A DNA stretch of 13,811 nucleotides, from contig JBDRUX010000068.1 of the NCBI GenBank assembly GCA_039801565.1, positions 1 to 13,811 of the forward strand, written 5' to 3'. This document shows positions 6,380 through 13,811 of the stretch, in pieces; positions within the stretch are counted from its first letter, which is position 1, and each line of letters starts with the position of its first letter. The notes beneath the pieces are model-generated. The model searched no databases. It saw only the letters and a program-made list of their open reading frames with translations, and had not been told where the DNA came from. The stretch is from a candidate division WOR-3 bacterium. GTDB lineage: Bacteria > Hydrothermota > Tepidihabitantia > Tepidihabitantales > JAOUPE01. Made by a program: the position numbers and the translations under genes.

Positions 6380-8539
6380 ATGATTAACACTTATAACAAA
6401 AATCAACTAACCAAATCAGTATCGCTTAATCAGTCACTCGCCATTCCAACAGCTCAACAATATAACTTGACAAAGAAATGCCTTGACCTTGCCCCGGTGA
6501 TTTTTGTCGCAATTGATGCTAACGAAAAGGTCTGTTTGATTAACAAAAATGGCTGTGAGATTTTAGGTTATGCGGAGGATGAGGTTATCGGCAAAAATTG
6601 GTTTGATTCCTTCTTGCCCGAGAATTACCGAACACAGGTAAGAGCGGTCTTCAAAAAATTGCTCAATGGTGAGATTGCCGCATATGAATATTACGAGAAC
6701 CCAATTTTAACCAAACAAGGCGAAGAGCGTATCATCGCCTGGCATAATACGGTGTTGACCGATGATGCAGGCAATATTATCGGCACTTTGAGCTCTGGCG
6801 AGGATATCACGGAGCGAAAATTAGCCGAAGAAACTTTACGCAAGAGTAATCAATTGTTAGAAAAGACCGTGAACAGCCTGCGGGAAGCAGTTTTCATTAT
6901 TGATGCCAGGACCGTGAAGATTCTAAATTGCAATCCAGCCGCCACGGAAATCTTTGGTTATACCAAAGAAGAGATGTTAAATCGAACTACAACCTTTCTC
7001 CATATTGACGAGAATGCACTTCAATTGTTCCGAAAACATCTTTATCAAGCGATTGCTGAGAAAGGTTTCCTGAGTAATTTTGAATTTAAGATGAAACGGA
7101 AAGATGGTACAATTTTCCCAACTGAGCATAGTGTGATGCCAATTTTTGATGAGCAAGGCGAAAGAGTTGCTTGGGTGAGTGTAGTTCGGGATATTACCGA
7201 ACGCAAACAATTGGAAGTGGCGATGCAAAAGATGAATGAAGAACTGGAACGAAAGGTGAAAGAACGAACCGCAGAATTGGAACGCGCCAATAAAGAGTTG
7301 CGAGCCACCCAGGAGCAATTCTTAAGAGTCCAGAGGCTGGAAGTGATGGGGACTTTAGCCAGTGGTATCGCTCACGATTTCAATAATTTCCTGACCACAA
7401 TAATGGCAAACCTTTCTCTTTTGAAGATAATATTGAAAGAAGAATTAAAACCGGATGCCACGGAATTTGTTTCCGGACGTTTGGTAACAAACCGTATTAT
7501 TCCAATATTAAATCGAGTGGCTTCGGTGACCCGAAGCGCTAAAGACTTAACGCAACGGTTGCTTATTTTTGCCAAGGGTGATAAACCGGTAAAAAAAGTT
7601 GCCTCGATCCCCAAATTAATTAACGACTCAATGACGATTACATTGGGCGGTTCTGCTATCCGTTGTGAACTGAGTATTGCGAGTGATATTTGGTTAGTCG
7701 AAGTCGATGAAGGTCAAATTGTCCAAGCGTTAAATAATATATTAGTCAATGCTCGGCAGGCGATGCCCAACGGTGGAACGATTAAAATCACAGTCGAAAA
7801 TGTTAAACTTGACTTAAATTCGCAAATTCAATTACCAAAAGGCAACTATGTGAAAATAGCGATTAAGGACACCGGGGTTGGTATTCCGGAAGCGAATCTA
7901 CCTAAGATATTTGAACCATTTTTCACTACCAAACCAAAAGGCACTGGATTAGGACTGGCTACGGTCTATTCGATTATTCAAAGACATAATGGCGCGATTA
8001 CAGTGGAATCAAAAATTGGCTCAGGTACAACCTTTACGATTTATCTACCCGCCTTAACTGAATATCCGAACCGAATTCAAAATGAGCAAGTGTCAACCTG
8101 TACCATTCCAACACTGGAAATAAGTTTCAAACGAACCGAATCGAAAGGGAAGGTTTTAATAATGGATGACGAAAAAGAAATCTTAGAGACAACCGAGACA
8201 CTTTTAAATTATTTTGGCTACGAAGTAGAAGGCGTAAACGATGGCAAAGAAGCGATTGAAAAGTATCAAAAAGCAAAAGCGAGTGGTAAGCCTTTTGATT
8301 GTATTATTATGGATTTAACGGTTAGGGGTGGGATGGGTGGTAAAGAGACGATAGAAGAATTATTAAAGATTGACCCAAAAGTCAAAGCAATCGTTTGCAG
8401 TGGTTACAGTAGTGACGAAACGCTACTTCACTTTCAACGCTACGGCTTCTGCGCCAAAATCAATAAACCTTACGAGGCAGAAGAATTGATTAAGACCTTA
8501 CAAGAAGTTATAAATGATAAGGGTCAAAGTAATGCCTAA
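6380..8539 (+). CDS. Cytoplasmic hybrid sensor histidine kinase (PAS-PAS, coiled coil, HisKA, HATPase, REC)
   Basis: Two PAS/PAC repeats ending EDITERK and RDITERK. H-box GIAHDFNN, N-box [11 protein letters not shown]1 DTGVGI, F-box [10 protein letters not shown]2 GTGLGL. Receiver VLIMDDE..IIMDLT..CSGY..INKPY. No transmembrane segment is evident. The start codon is uncertain because the SD spacing is poor. Confidence 0.93.
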   Translation: MINTYNKNQLTKSVSLNQSLAIPTAQQYNLTKKCLDLAPVIFVAIDANEKVCLINKNGCEILGYAEDEVIGKNWFDSFLPENYRTQVRAVFKKLLNGEIAAYEYYENPILTKQGEERIIAWHNTVLTDDAGNIIGTLSSGEDITERKLAEETLRKSNQLLEKTVNSLREAVFIIDARTVKILNCNPAATEIFGYTKEEMLNRTTTFLHIDENALQLFRKHLYQAIAEKGFLSNFEFKMKRKDGTIFPTEHSVMPIFDEQGERVAWVSVVRDITERKQLEVAMQKMNEELERKVKERTAELERANKELRATQEQFLRVQRLEVMGTLASGIAHDFNNFLTTIMANLSLLKIILKEELKPDATEFVSGRLVTNRIIPILNRVASVTRSAKDLTQRLLIFAKGDKPVKKVASIPKLINDSMTITLGGSAIRCELSIASDIWLVEVDEGQIVQALNNILVNARQAMPNGGTIKITVENVKLDLNSQIQLPKGNYVKIAIKDTGVGIPEANLPKIFEPFFTTKPKGTGLGLATVYSIIQRHNGAITVESKIGSGTTFTIYLPALTEYPNRIQNEQVSTCTIPTLEISFKRTESKGKVLIMDDEKEILETTETLLNYFGYEVEGVNDGKEAIEKYQKAKASGKPFDCIIMDLTVRGGMGGKETIEELLKIDPKVKAIVCSGYSSDETLLHFQRYGFCAKINKPYEAEELIKTLQEVINDKGQSNA

Positions 8540-10493
8540 GTCCAGGGATCGAGGCTCATTAACCGTGATTGGCAATATACTATACCTTTTAACCTTAGCT
8601 GGAATTGTTTACGGTCAAACCGCTTTGGACATTTCATTAGATTCGTTACTTAATACCCGAATTAGCACTGCGGCAAAATATGCCCAGAAGATTAGCCAAG
8701 CCCCAGCTTCAATCACCATCATCACTTATGAGGATATCGAGCATTACGGTTTCCAAACGTTGGAAGATGTCTTCAATAGTGTTCGGGGTTTTTATACCAC
8801 CAATGACCGAAATTATACTTACTTAGGTGTTCGAGGATTCAGTCGACCAACCGATTATAACGACCGAATATTACTTTTAGTTAATGGTCATACTGTGAAT
8901 GAAAATGTCTATGGTTCAGCAATGCTGGGGACCGATTTTGGACTTAGCTTAGATGGGATTGAGCGAATTGAGATTGTTCGTGGACCAAGTTCTGCCTTGT
9001 ATGGCACCGGGGCAATGTTTGCTGTCGTGAATGTTGTAACGAAGAAAGGAAGAATGGTTGATGGAATCAGGTTAATGCCCGCCACGGGTAGTTATGGTAA
9101 ACTTGCTACGGCTGGTAGCTTGGGTAAAGAGTTTGAAAATGGCTTAGATGTCTTTATTGCTGGGCAAATTACCGATATTAATGGGCAGGACCTTTATTTT
9201 CCGGAATACGATTCCGTCAATAATGGTATCGCCCAAGGGTTGGACTGGGACAAATCTTACGGCGCAATTGCCACGCTCAGTTATAAAGATTTTAATTGGC
9301 AGGGAATTTTCACCTCGCGAAAAAAAGGGATTCCAACTGGTGCGTTTGGCGTGGTCTTTAATAACCAAAATACCTGGAGTTTAGACGAACGAAGTTTTGT
9401 CGAACTTAAATATGATAAAAAAATAAAAGCTGACAAAAACTTAATAGTCCGGACCTATTTCGATTGGTATCATTATAAGGGTGCTTACCCATACGAAGTC
9501 CAATCCTTTGATGAGTCATATGGCAACTGGTTAGGGATTGAGGCACAATACCTTTGGGACCTAACAATTAATAATCGGTTGACTTTGGGCTTGGAATATC
9601 AAAAGCATTGGCGTGCGGATTATCGTCTCTGGGATACTGACACAGTTTATTTTGACGCTAATTTTCCATACCAAGTCATATCGGGTTATCTGCAAGATGA
9701 GTATCAGATTTTAGCCAATCTGGCAGTTAATCTTGGTATGCGGTGGGACAATTATACAACCATCGGCAATGCTTTTGTCCCACGCGGTGCGGTGATTTAC
9801 AATCCATTTCAAGCCACTGCTATTAAATTGCTTTATGGGCAAGCCTTTCGTGCCCCAAATGTCTACGAAATAAACTACCAAGACCCACTGTACGGTCATA
9901 AACCAAATCCTTTCTTAAATCCAGAAAAGATTAGAACTTTTGAGGTAGTTTGGGAGCAGAGGCTTGCCCAAAATGTTTACGGGATTGTTTCGGTCTATCA
10001 TTATGGAATGAGGGGCCTGATTGACTTGACATCGGATGAAACAGATTCTCTTCTCCAATTTCAGAATATCGGTCGGGTGAAAGCTTTGGGGAGTGAATTC
10101 GAACTGCAGACCAAGTTCCGTTATGGAATTCAGGGCTATATCAATTATGCCTTTCAGATAGCGAGTGATGAAATTCAAAATACTAAATTGACCAATTCAC
10201 CAAGTCATATTGCCAAATTGGGATTGGTTTTCCCAATTAGCGATTTTCGGGTTGCGCCTGAAGTCCGATACGAGACGGAACGGATTACTGTTTATAATAC
10301 CAAAACCAAGCCCTATCTTTTAACCAATCTCAACCTCTCCAGTCCTGAATTATTCAATCACCTAAAAATCTCGCTCGTGATAAAAAATCTTTTGGCGACC
10401 GAGTATAAGTTACCAGGTGGCTTTGAGCATAAACAAGATGCGATTAAGCAAAATGGTCGGAACTGGGAATTGAGACTTTGGGCGCGATTTTAA
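8532..10493 (+). CDS. TonB-dependent outer-membrane receptor
   Basis: Signal-peptide-like N-terminus ending VYG-Q. Plug motifs APASITIIT..DI, GVRGF, ILLLVNG and IERIEIVRGPSSALYGTGAMFAVVNVVTK. Barrel motifs YGQAFRAPN and LNPEK, and C-terminal beta-signal WARF. The ATG at 8532 (8-nt overlap with the kinase stop) is preferred over 8514. Confidence 0.95.
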   Translation: MPKSRDRGSLTVIGNILYLLTLAGIVYGQTALDISLDSLLNTRISTAAKYAQKISQAPASITIITYEDIEHYGFQTLEDVFNSVRGFYTTNDRNYTYLGVRGFSRPTDYNDRILLLVNGHTVNENVYGSAMLGTDFGLSLDGIERIEIVRGPSSALYGTGAMFAVVNVVTKKGRMVDGIRLMPATGSYGKLATAGSLGKEFENGLDVFIAGQITDINGQDLYFPEYDSVNNGIAQGLDWDKSYGAIATLSYKDFNWQGIFTSRKKGIPTGAFGVVFNNQNTWSLDERSFVELKYDKKIKADKNLIVRTYFDWYHYKGAYPYEVQSFDESYGNWLGIEAQYLWDLTINNRLTLGLEYQKHWRADYRLWDTDTVYFDANFPYQVISGYLQDEYQILANLAVNLGMRWDNYTTIGNAFVPRGAVIYNPFQATAIKLLYGQAFRAPNVYEINYQDPLYGHKPNPFLNPEKIRTFEVVWEQRLAQNVYGIVSVYHYGMRGLIDLTSDETDSLLQFQNIGRVKALGSEFELQTKFRYGIQGYINYAFQIASDEIQNTKLTNSPSHIAKLGLVFPISDFRVAPEVRYETERITVYNTKTKPYLLTNLNLSSPELFNHLKISLVIKNLLATEYKLPGGFEHKQDAIKQNGRNWELRLWARF

Positions 10494-10519
10494 ACTATGG
10501 GGTGAGTGGACGCCTTTTA

Positions 10520-11128
10520 ATGCCCTTAAATACCTTACGCCGTCTTTTGCCAGTTTTGCTCAGTTTTTATCTCGGCCAAATGGTAGCAGCGCCAATTTCC
10601 TCAATTGAATTTGCCCAAGAGATGCCAGTGCCAATGGATTTGCAGTTACCTTTATTGCTTAAGGTATTGACTTTTGACCGAAACTTAAAATCCCGAGTTG
10701 GCAAAGAGATTGTCATCGGAGTGATTTATCAAGAAAAATTTCGAGCTTCGTTACTAATCAAAGATGAGTTCTTGAGGGTATTAAAAGAGCTACCAATAAA
10801 AGATTTAGCCGACCTACCGATTAAAGCCAAACCAATTGCCCTTGGTGACGAAGCTATTCTTAAAACGGCAATCATTAACGATTCCATTGACATTCTATAT
10901 GTCACGCCATTACGGGCTTTTGAAATATCAACTATTCAGGCACTTGCCGGCGAACTAAAAGTTTTAACTTTGACCGGAGTTCCAGAGTATGTTAAATCCG
11001 GTTTGGCGGTTGGGATTGATACCAAAGGTGAAAGGCCGCTTATTATAATTAATCTAACCCAAGCCAAAGCCGAAGGTGCCGATTTTAGTTCGCAACTATT
11101 AAACTTAGCAAAAGTAATAACTAATTAG
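10520..11128 (+). CDS. YfiR-family (DUF4154) periplasmic protein
   Basis: Signal-peptide-like MPLNTLRRLLPVLLSFYLGQMVAA. Core IVIGVI, IDILYV and VLTLT, and the family C-terminus INLTQAKAEGADFSSQLLNLAKVI. It lies between a TBDR and a YfiN-like sensor. The ATG at 10520 is preferred over the TTG at 10478, which overlaps the TBDR. Confidence 0.85.
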   Translation: MPLNTLRRLLPVLLSFYLGQMVAAPISSIEFAQEMPVPMDLQLPLLLKVLTFDRNLKSRVGKEIVIGVIYQEKFRASLLIKDEFLRVLKELPIKDLADLPIKAKPIALGDEAILKTAIINDSIDILYVTPLRAFEISTIQALAGELKVLTLTGVPEYVKSGLAVGIDTKGERPLIIINLTQAKAEGADFSSQLLNLAKVITN

Positions 11129-11132
11129 CCAA

Positions 11133-13586
11133 ATGAGAAAGTTAGTAAGACTTATCCAGCGCTGGTCAATTCGAACCAAGTTGGCGATTGTGGTTACGCT
11201 ACTGATTTTCTTTATCGCCATTTTTATCGCAGTCTATTTCCCGGACCGGCAAGAAAAGCAGGCATTAAAGGCAATCGCTGCCAAAGCGAAATGTATTGCC
11301 GATATGACCAGTTGGAGTATTGCCCCGGCATTGTATTTTGAAGATAACCAAGGAATCGACCAAGCCTTCCGGCTTGCCCGGCAAAATCAAGATTTAATCT
11401 ATTTGGTCGTTACCGACAGGTCCAATCGGGTAATAAAATCGTTCAATCAAGAAATTGCCGAGGCAACAGAATTCCTAACTACCAAAACGAATCGGGTATT
11501 ATGGGCAAAAAGAATTTACCAAATTAGCACCCCAGTATACCTGAATCACCAATTAATCGGTAAACTCTACTTAGGAATCTCACTATGGGAATTGATAAAC
11601 GAAGGGAAACGGATAAGAATGACAATTGCCTTAGTCAGTTTCATTATCTTTGTGGTTGGGATGTTTTTGACAATTGGCTTTAGTAGTCTTGTAACCATAC
11701 CTTTGCGCCAGATCGTCAGGACCGCTTTAGCCATTGCTAATGGTGATTGGTCAAAACGGGCTAAAATTCCAGTTCAAGATGAAATTGGTCAGTTGGCAAA
11801 ATCGTTCAACTTAATGCTCGATCGCCTGGAGCAGGCGCATCAGGAATTGACGGAGTTAAACAGAAGCTTGGAAGAAAAAGTAGCTGAGCGAACTAAGGAA
11901 TTAGCCCAAGAGGTTCGAGAACGCAAACAGGTCGAAGAAAGATTACGCCAAAGTCAAGAACTTTACAAGACAATCTTTGAGAATAGCCGGGACCCGATTT
12001 ATATCACAACCGTTGACGGCAAATTCGTCAGTGCTAACCCCGCGCTCTTAGAACTTTTTGGCTATACTGACGAAGAACTACCAAGTCTCAATGCCCGTGA
12101 TTTTTATTTCAATCCCGCCGACCGGGAACGGTTCAAAGCAGAAGTGGCAAAGAATGGGTATGTTAAGAATTTTGAAGTGAAATTAAAGAGAAAAGATGGC
12201 ACAGCTTTGGATTGCGTTTTAACCTCCACATTGCGTTATGACCGAGACGGAAAAATTTTAGGCTATCAAGGGGTGATTCACGACTTTACTGAGCGAAAAC
12301 GGATTGAAGAACAGATGCGAAACCTTAACGAAATCTTAGAAAAAAAGGTGAGAGAACGAACCCAAGAACTGAAGAAGGCTTACGAACAATTGAAAACAAC
12401 TCAGGAACAGTTCTACCAAGCCCAAAAAATGGAATCAATTGGTATCTTAGCCGGGGGTATTGCTCACGATTTTAATAACCTTTTGGCAACAATTCTTGGT
12501 AATATCTCTTTGGCAAAGATGATGATAAACCAGGACGATAAGTTATTTAATATCCTAACTCGAGCCGAAAATGTCTGTTTACGAGCCAAGGATTTAACCC
12601 AACAGTTACTTACTTTCTCCCGAGGTGGTGCTCCGGTAAAAAAAGTCGTCGCTATTGCCAAAATCCTGAAAGATTCCGCGAATCTCGCGCTCAAAGGGGC
12701 TAAGGCAACCTATGAATTTAACTTACCGGATAGTATCTGGCCAGTGGAAGCTGATGAGGGTCAACTCTTACAGGTCTTTAATAACCTCCTCATCAATGCC
12801 AATCAGGCAATGCCTGAAGGTGGCACAATTAAAATTTCTGTCGAAAACATCCAACTCGATGGCGATAATGGATTACAATTGCCCGAAGGGACCTATGTGA
12901 AAATTACGATTGAAGACCAAGGGATTGGAATTTCCGAAGAGAACCTCCCCAAGATATTTGACCCATTCTTTACTACTAAACCTCGAGGTACCGGACTTGG
13001 TCTAACTACAGCTTACTCCATCATTAAGCGCCACAATGGTGCAATCCAAGTGAATTCCAAATTGGGTGTTGGAACAACTTTTCATATCTACTTGCCGGCA
13101 ACCCACAAGACAATTTTAGTCAAACCGACCGAACAAGAAAAATTACCAGAACCAACCACTCTACGCGGCAAAGGAAAAATCTTGGTGATGGATGATGAAC
13201 CGGATGTGCAAGAGATGGTCAAAGAAATCTTAATCTATCTCGGTTATGAAGTCATTACCGCACCAAATGGTGAAGAAACAATAAGTAATTATAAACAAGC
13301 CAAAGAAGAGGGTAAGCCGTTCTGTTGCGTTATAATTGACTTAACGATTAAAGGTGGAATGGGGGGCAAGGAGACGATTTCCGAACTATTAAAGATTGAC
13401 CCAGAAGTTAAAGCGATTGTTGCCAGTGGGTACGCCAACGACCCAATTATCGCTGAGTTCGCAAAATTTGGTTTCAAAGGTGCTGTTGCTAAACCATTTA
13501 AAGTAGCAGAACTGGCAAAGGTACTAAACGAAGTTTTATCCGAACCCGCCCAGCCTATCCCTTCTTCAACCATCCAACGATTTTGA
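11133..13586 (+). CDS. Membrane hybrid sensor histidine kinase (TM, YfiN/CHASE8-like periplasmic domain, TM, HAMP, PAS, HisKA, HATPase, REC)
   Basis: Hydrophobic helices at about aa 17-35 and 165-188. Periplasmic IAPALYFED motif, HAMP PLRQI..DEIGQLAKSFNLMLDRLE, and PAS ending HDFTERK. Kinase core [31 protein letters not shown]. Receiver ILVMDDE..IIDLT..ASGY..AKPF. It starts 4 nt after the yfiR-like stop. Confidence 0.94.
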   Translation: MRKLVRLIQRWSIRTKLAIVVTLLIFFIAIFIAVYFPDRQEKQALKAIAAKAKCIADMTSWSIAPALYFEDNQGIDQAFRLARQNQDLIYLVVTDRSNRVIKSFNQEIAEATEFLTTKTNRVLWAKRIYQISTPVYLNHQLIGKLYLGISLWELINEGKRIRMTIALVSFIIFVVGMFLTIGFSSLVTIPLRQIVRTALAIANGDWSKRAKIPVQDEIGQLAKSFNLMLDRLEQAHQELTELNRSLEEKVAERTKELAQEVRERKQVEERLRQSQELYKTIFENSRDPIYITTVDGKFVSANPALLELFGYTDEELPSLNARDFYFNPADRERFKAEVAKNGYVKNFEVKLKRKDGTALDCVLTSTLRYDRDGKILGYQGVIHDFTERKRIEEQMRNLNEILEKKVRERTQELKKAYEQLKTTQEQFYQAQKMESIGILAGGIAHDFNNLLATILGNISLAKMMINQDDKLFNILTRAENVCLRAKDLTQQLLTFSRGGAPVKKVVAIAKILKDSANLALKGAKATYEFNLPDSIWPVEADEGQLLQVFNNLLINANQAMPEGGTIKISVENIQLDGDNGLQLPEGTYVKITIEDQGIGISEENLPKIFDPFFTTKPRGTGLGLTTAYSIIKRHNGAIQVNSKLGVGTTFHIYLPATHKTILVKPTEQEKLPEPTTLRGKGKILVMDDEPDVQEMVKEILIYLGYEVITAPNGEETISNYKQAKEEGKPFCCVIIDLTIKGGMGGKETISELLKIDPEVKAIVASGYANDPIIAEFAKFGFKGAVAKPFKVAELAKVLNEVLSEPAQPIPSSTIQRF

Positions 13587-13694
13587 TTAAATTTCATTTG
13601 AACCTCTTGGACCAACTTGAACCGTTTAATTCCCAATCGACAAGCCAATAACACCTCTATCATTGTGCAAGCACTGGGTTTTGTGCCAGAAAAA

Positions 13695-13712
13695 GTTGAA
13701 ATATATTTCAAC
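13695..13712. promoter_or_regulatory. Perfect 18-bp palindrome, putative operator
   Basis: GTTGAAATATATTTCAAC is identical to its reverse complement and lies in non-coding DNA downstream of the last kinase. Confidence 0.55.
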
Positions 13713-13811
13713 CTAAAAATGACCGATTTTTTCATCTATCTTCTTAATTATTCGTCGGTTACGCTAATTTTCCATTAGTGAGGGGGTATCGTATAGGGGG
13801 TGACCCCGTAG

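Noticed and set aside
6977..12900. Small ORFs inside the kinases and TBDR, including the mutually similar 7372-7614 and 12464-12694
   Set aside because: They are shadow ORFs. The similarity of that pair only mirrors the paralogy of the sense-strand kinases.
13666..13689. Minus-strand TGGCAC...TTGCA sigma54-like promoter
   Set aside because: The spacer is 12 nt instead of the strict 5. Similar half-matches at 6188-6260 also fail the GG-N10-GC rule.
13289..13735. 148-aa minus-strand ORF
   Set aside because: Two thirds of it is antisense to the receiver domain. It has no recognisable domain or convincing SD, and it crosses the palindromic motifs.
13782..13811. Possible 5' end of a tRNA or tmRNA (GGGGGTATCG.. 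or GGGGGTGA..)
   Set aside because: There is no D-stem complement and no tmRNA GG..TCGAC motif in the visible bases, and it is truncated by the window edge.
1..13811. CRISPR arrays, transposases, integrases, rRNA or tRNA genes
   Set aside because: No repeat-spacer periodicity, mobile-element protein motifs or cloverleaf structures were seen.

Overview
Two divergent gene clusters from a probably anaerobic diderm bacterium (inferred from the TonB-dependent receptor, sigma70-like promoters and Shine-Dalgarno sites). The minus strand carries hdrC-hdrB-hdrA(HdrL-type)-mvhD. Its 1129-aa HdrA has an NfnB/GltD-like NAD(P)H:flavin module inserted inside the ferredoxin domain. These genes are followed by a LYS9/AASS-type saccharopine dehydrogenase that runs off the left edge and is absent from the ORF track. 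The plus strand carries a tightly coupled four-gene operon: cytoplasmic PAS-PAS hybrid histidine kinase, TonB-dependent receptor, YfiR-family periplasmic protein, and a membrane hybrid kinase with a YfiN-like periplasmic domain, HAMP and PAS. The best candidate for an under-described system is this TBDR-YfiR-kinase trans-envelope signalling module, which sits back-to-back with an NAD(P)H-linked, hydrogenase-free Hdr operon. The intergenic regions hold a probable leaderless hdrC promoter, two GTTG..AAC palindromes, a heptamer-repeat hairpin and a G-rich motif found twice. All calls come from reading motifs by eye; no searches were run.
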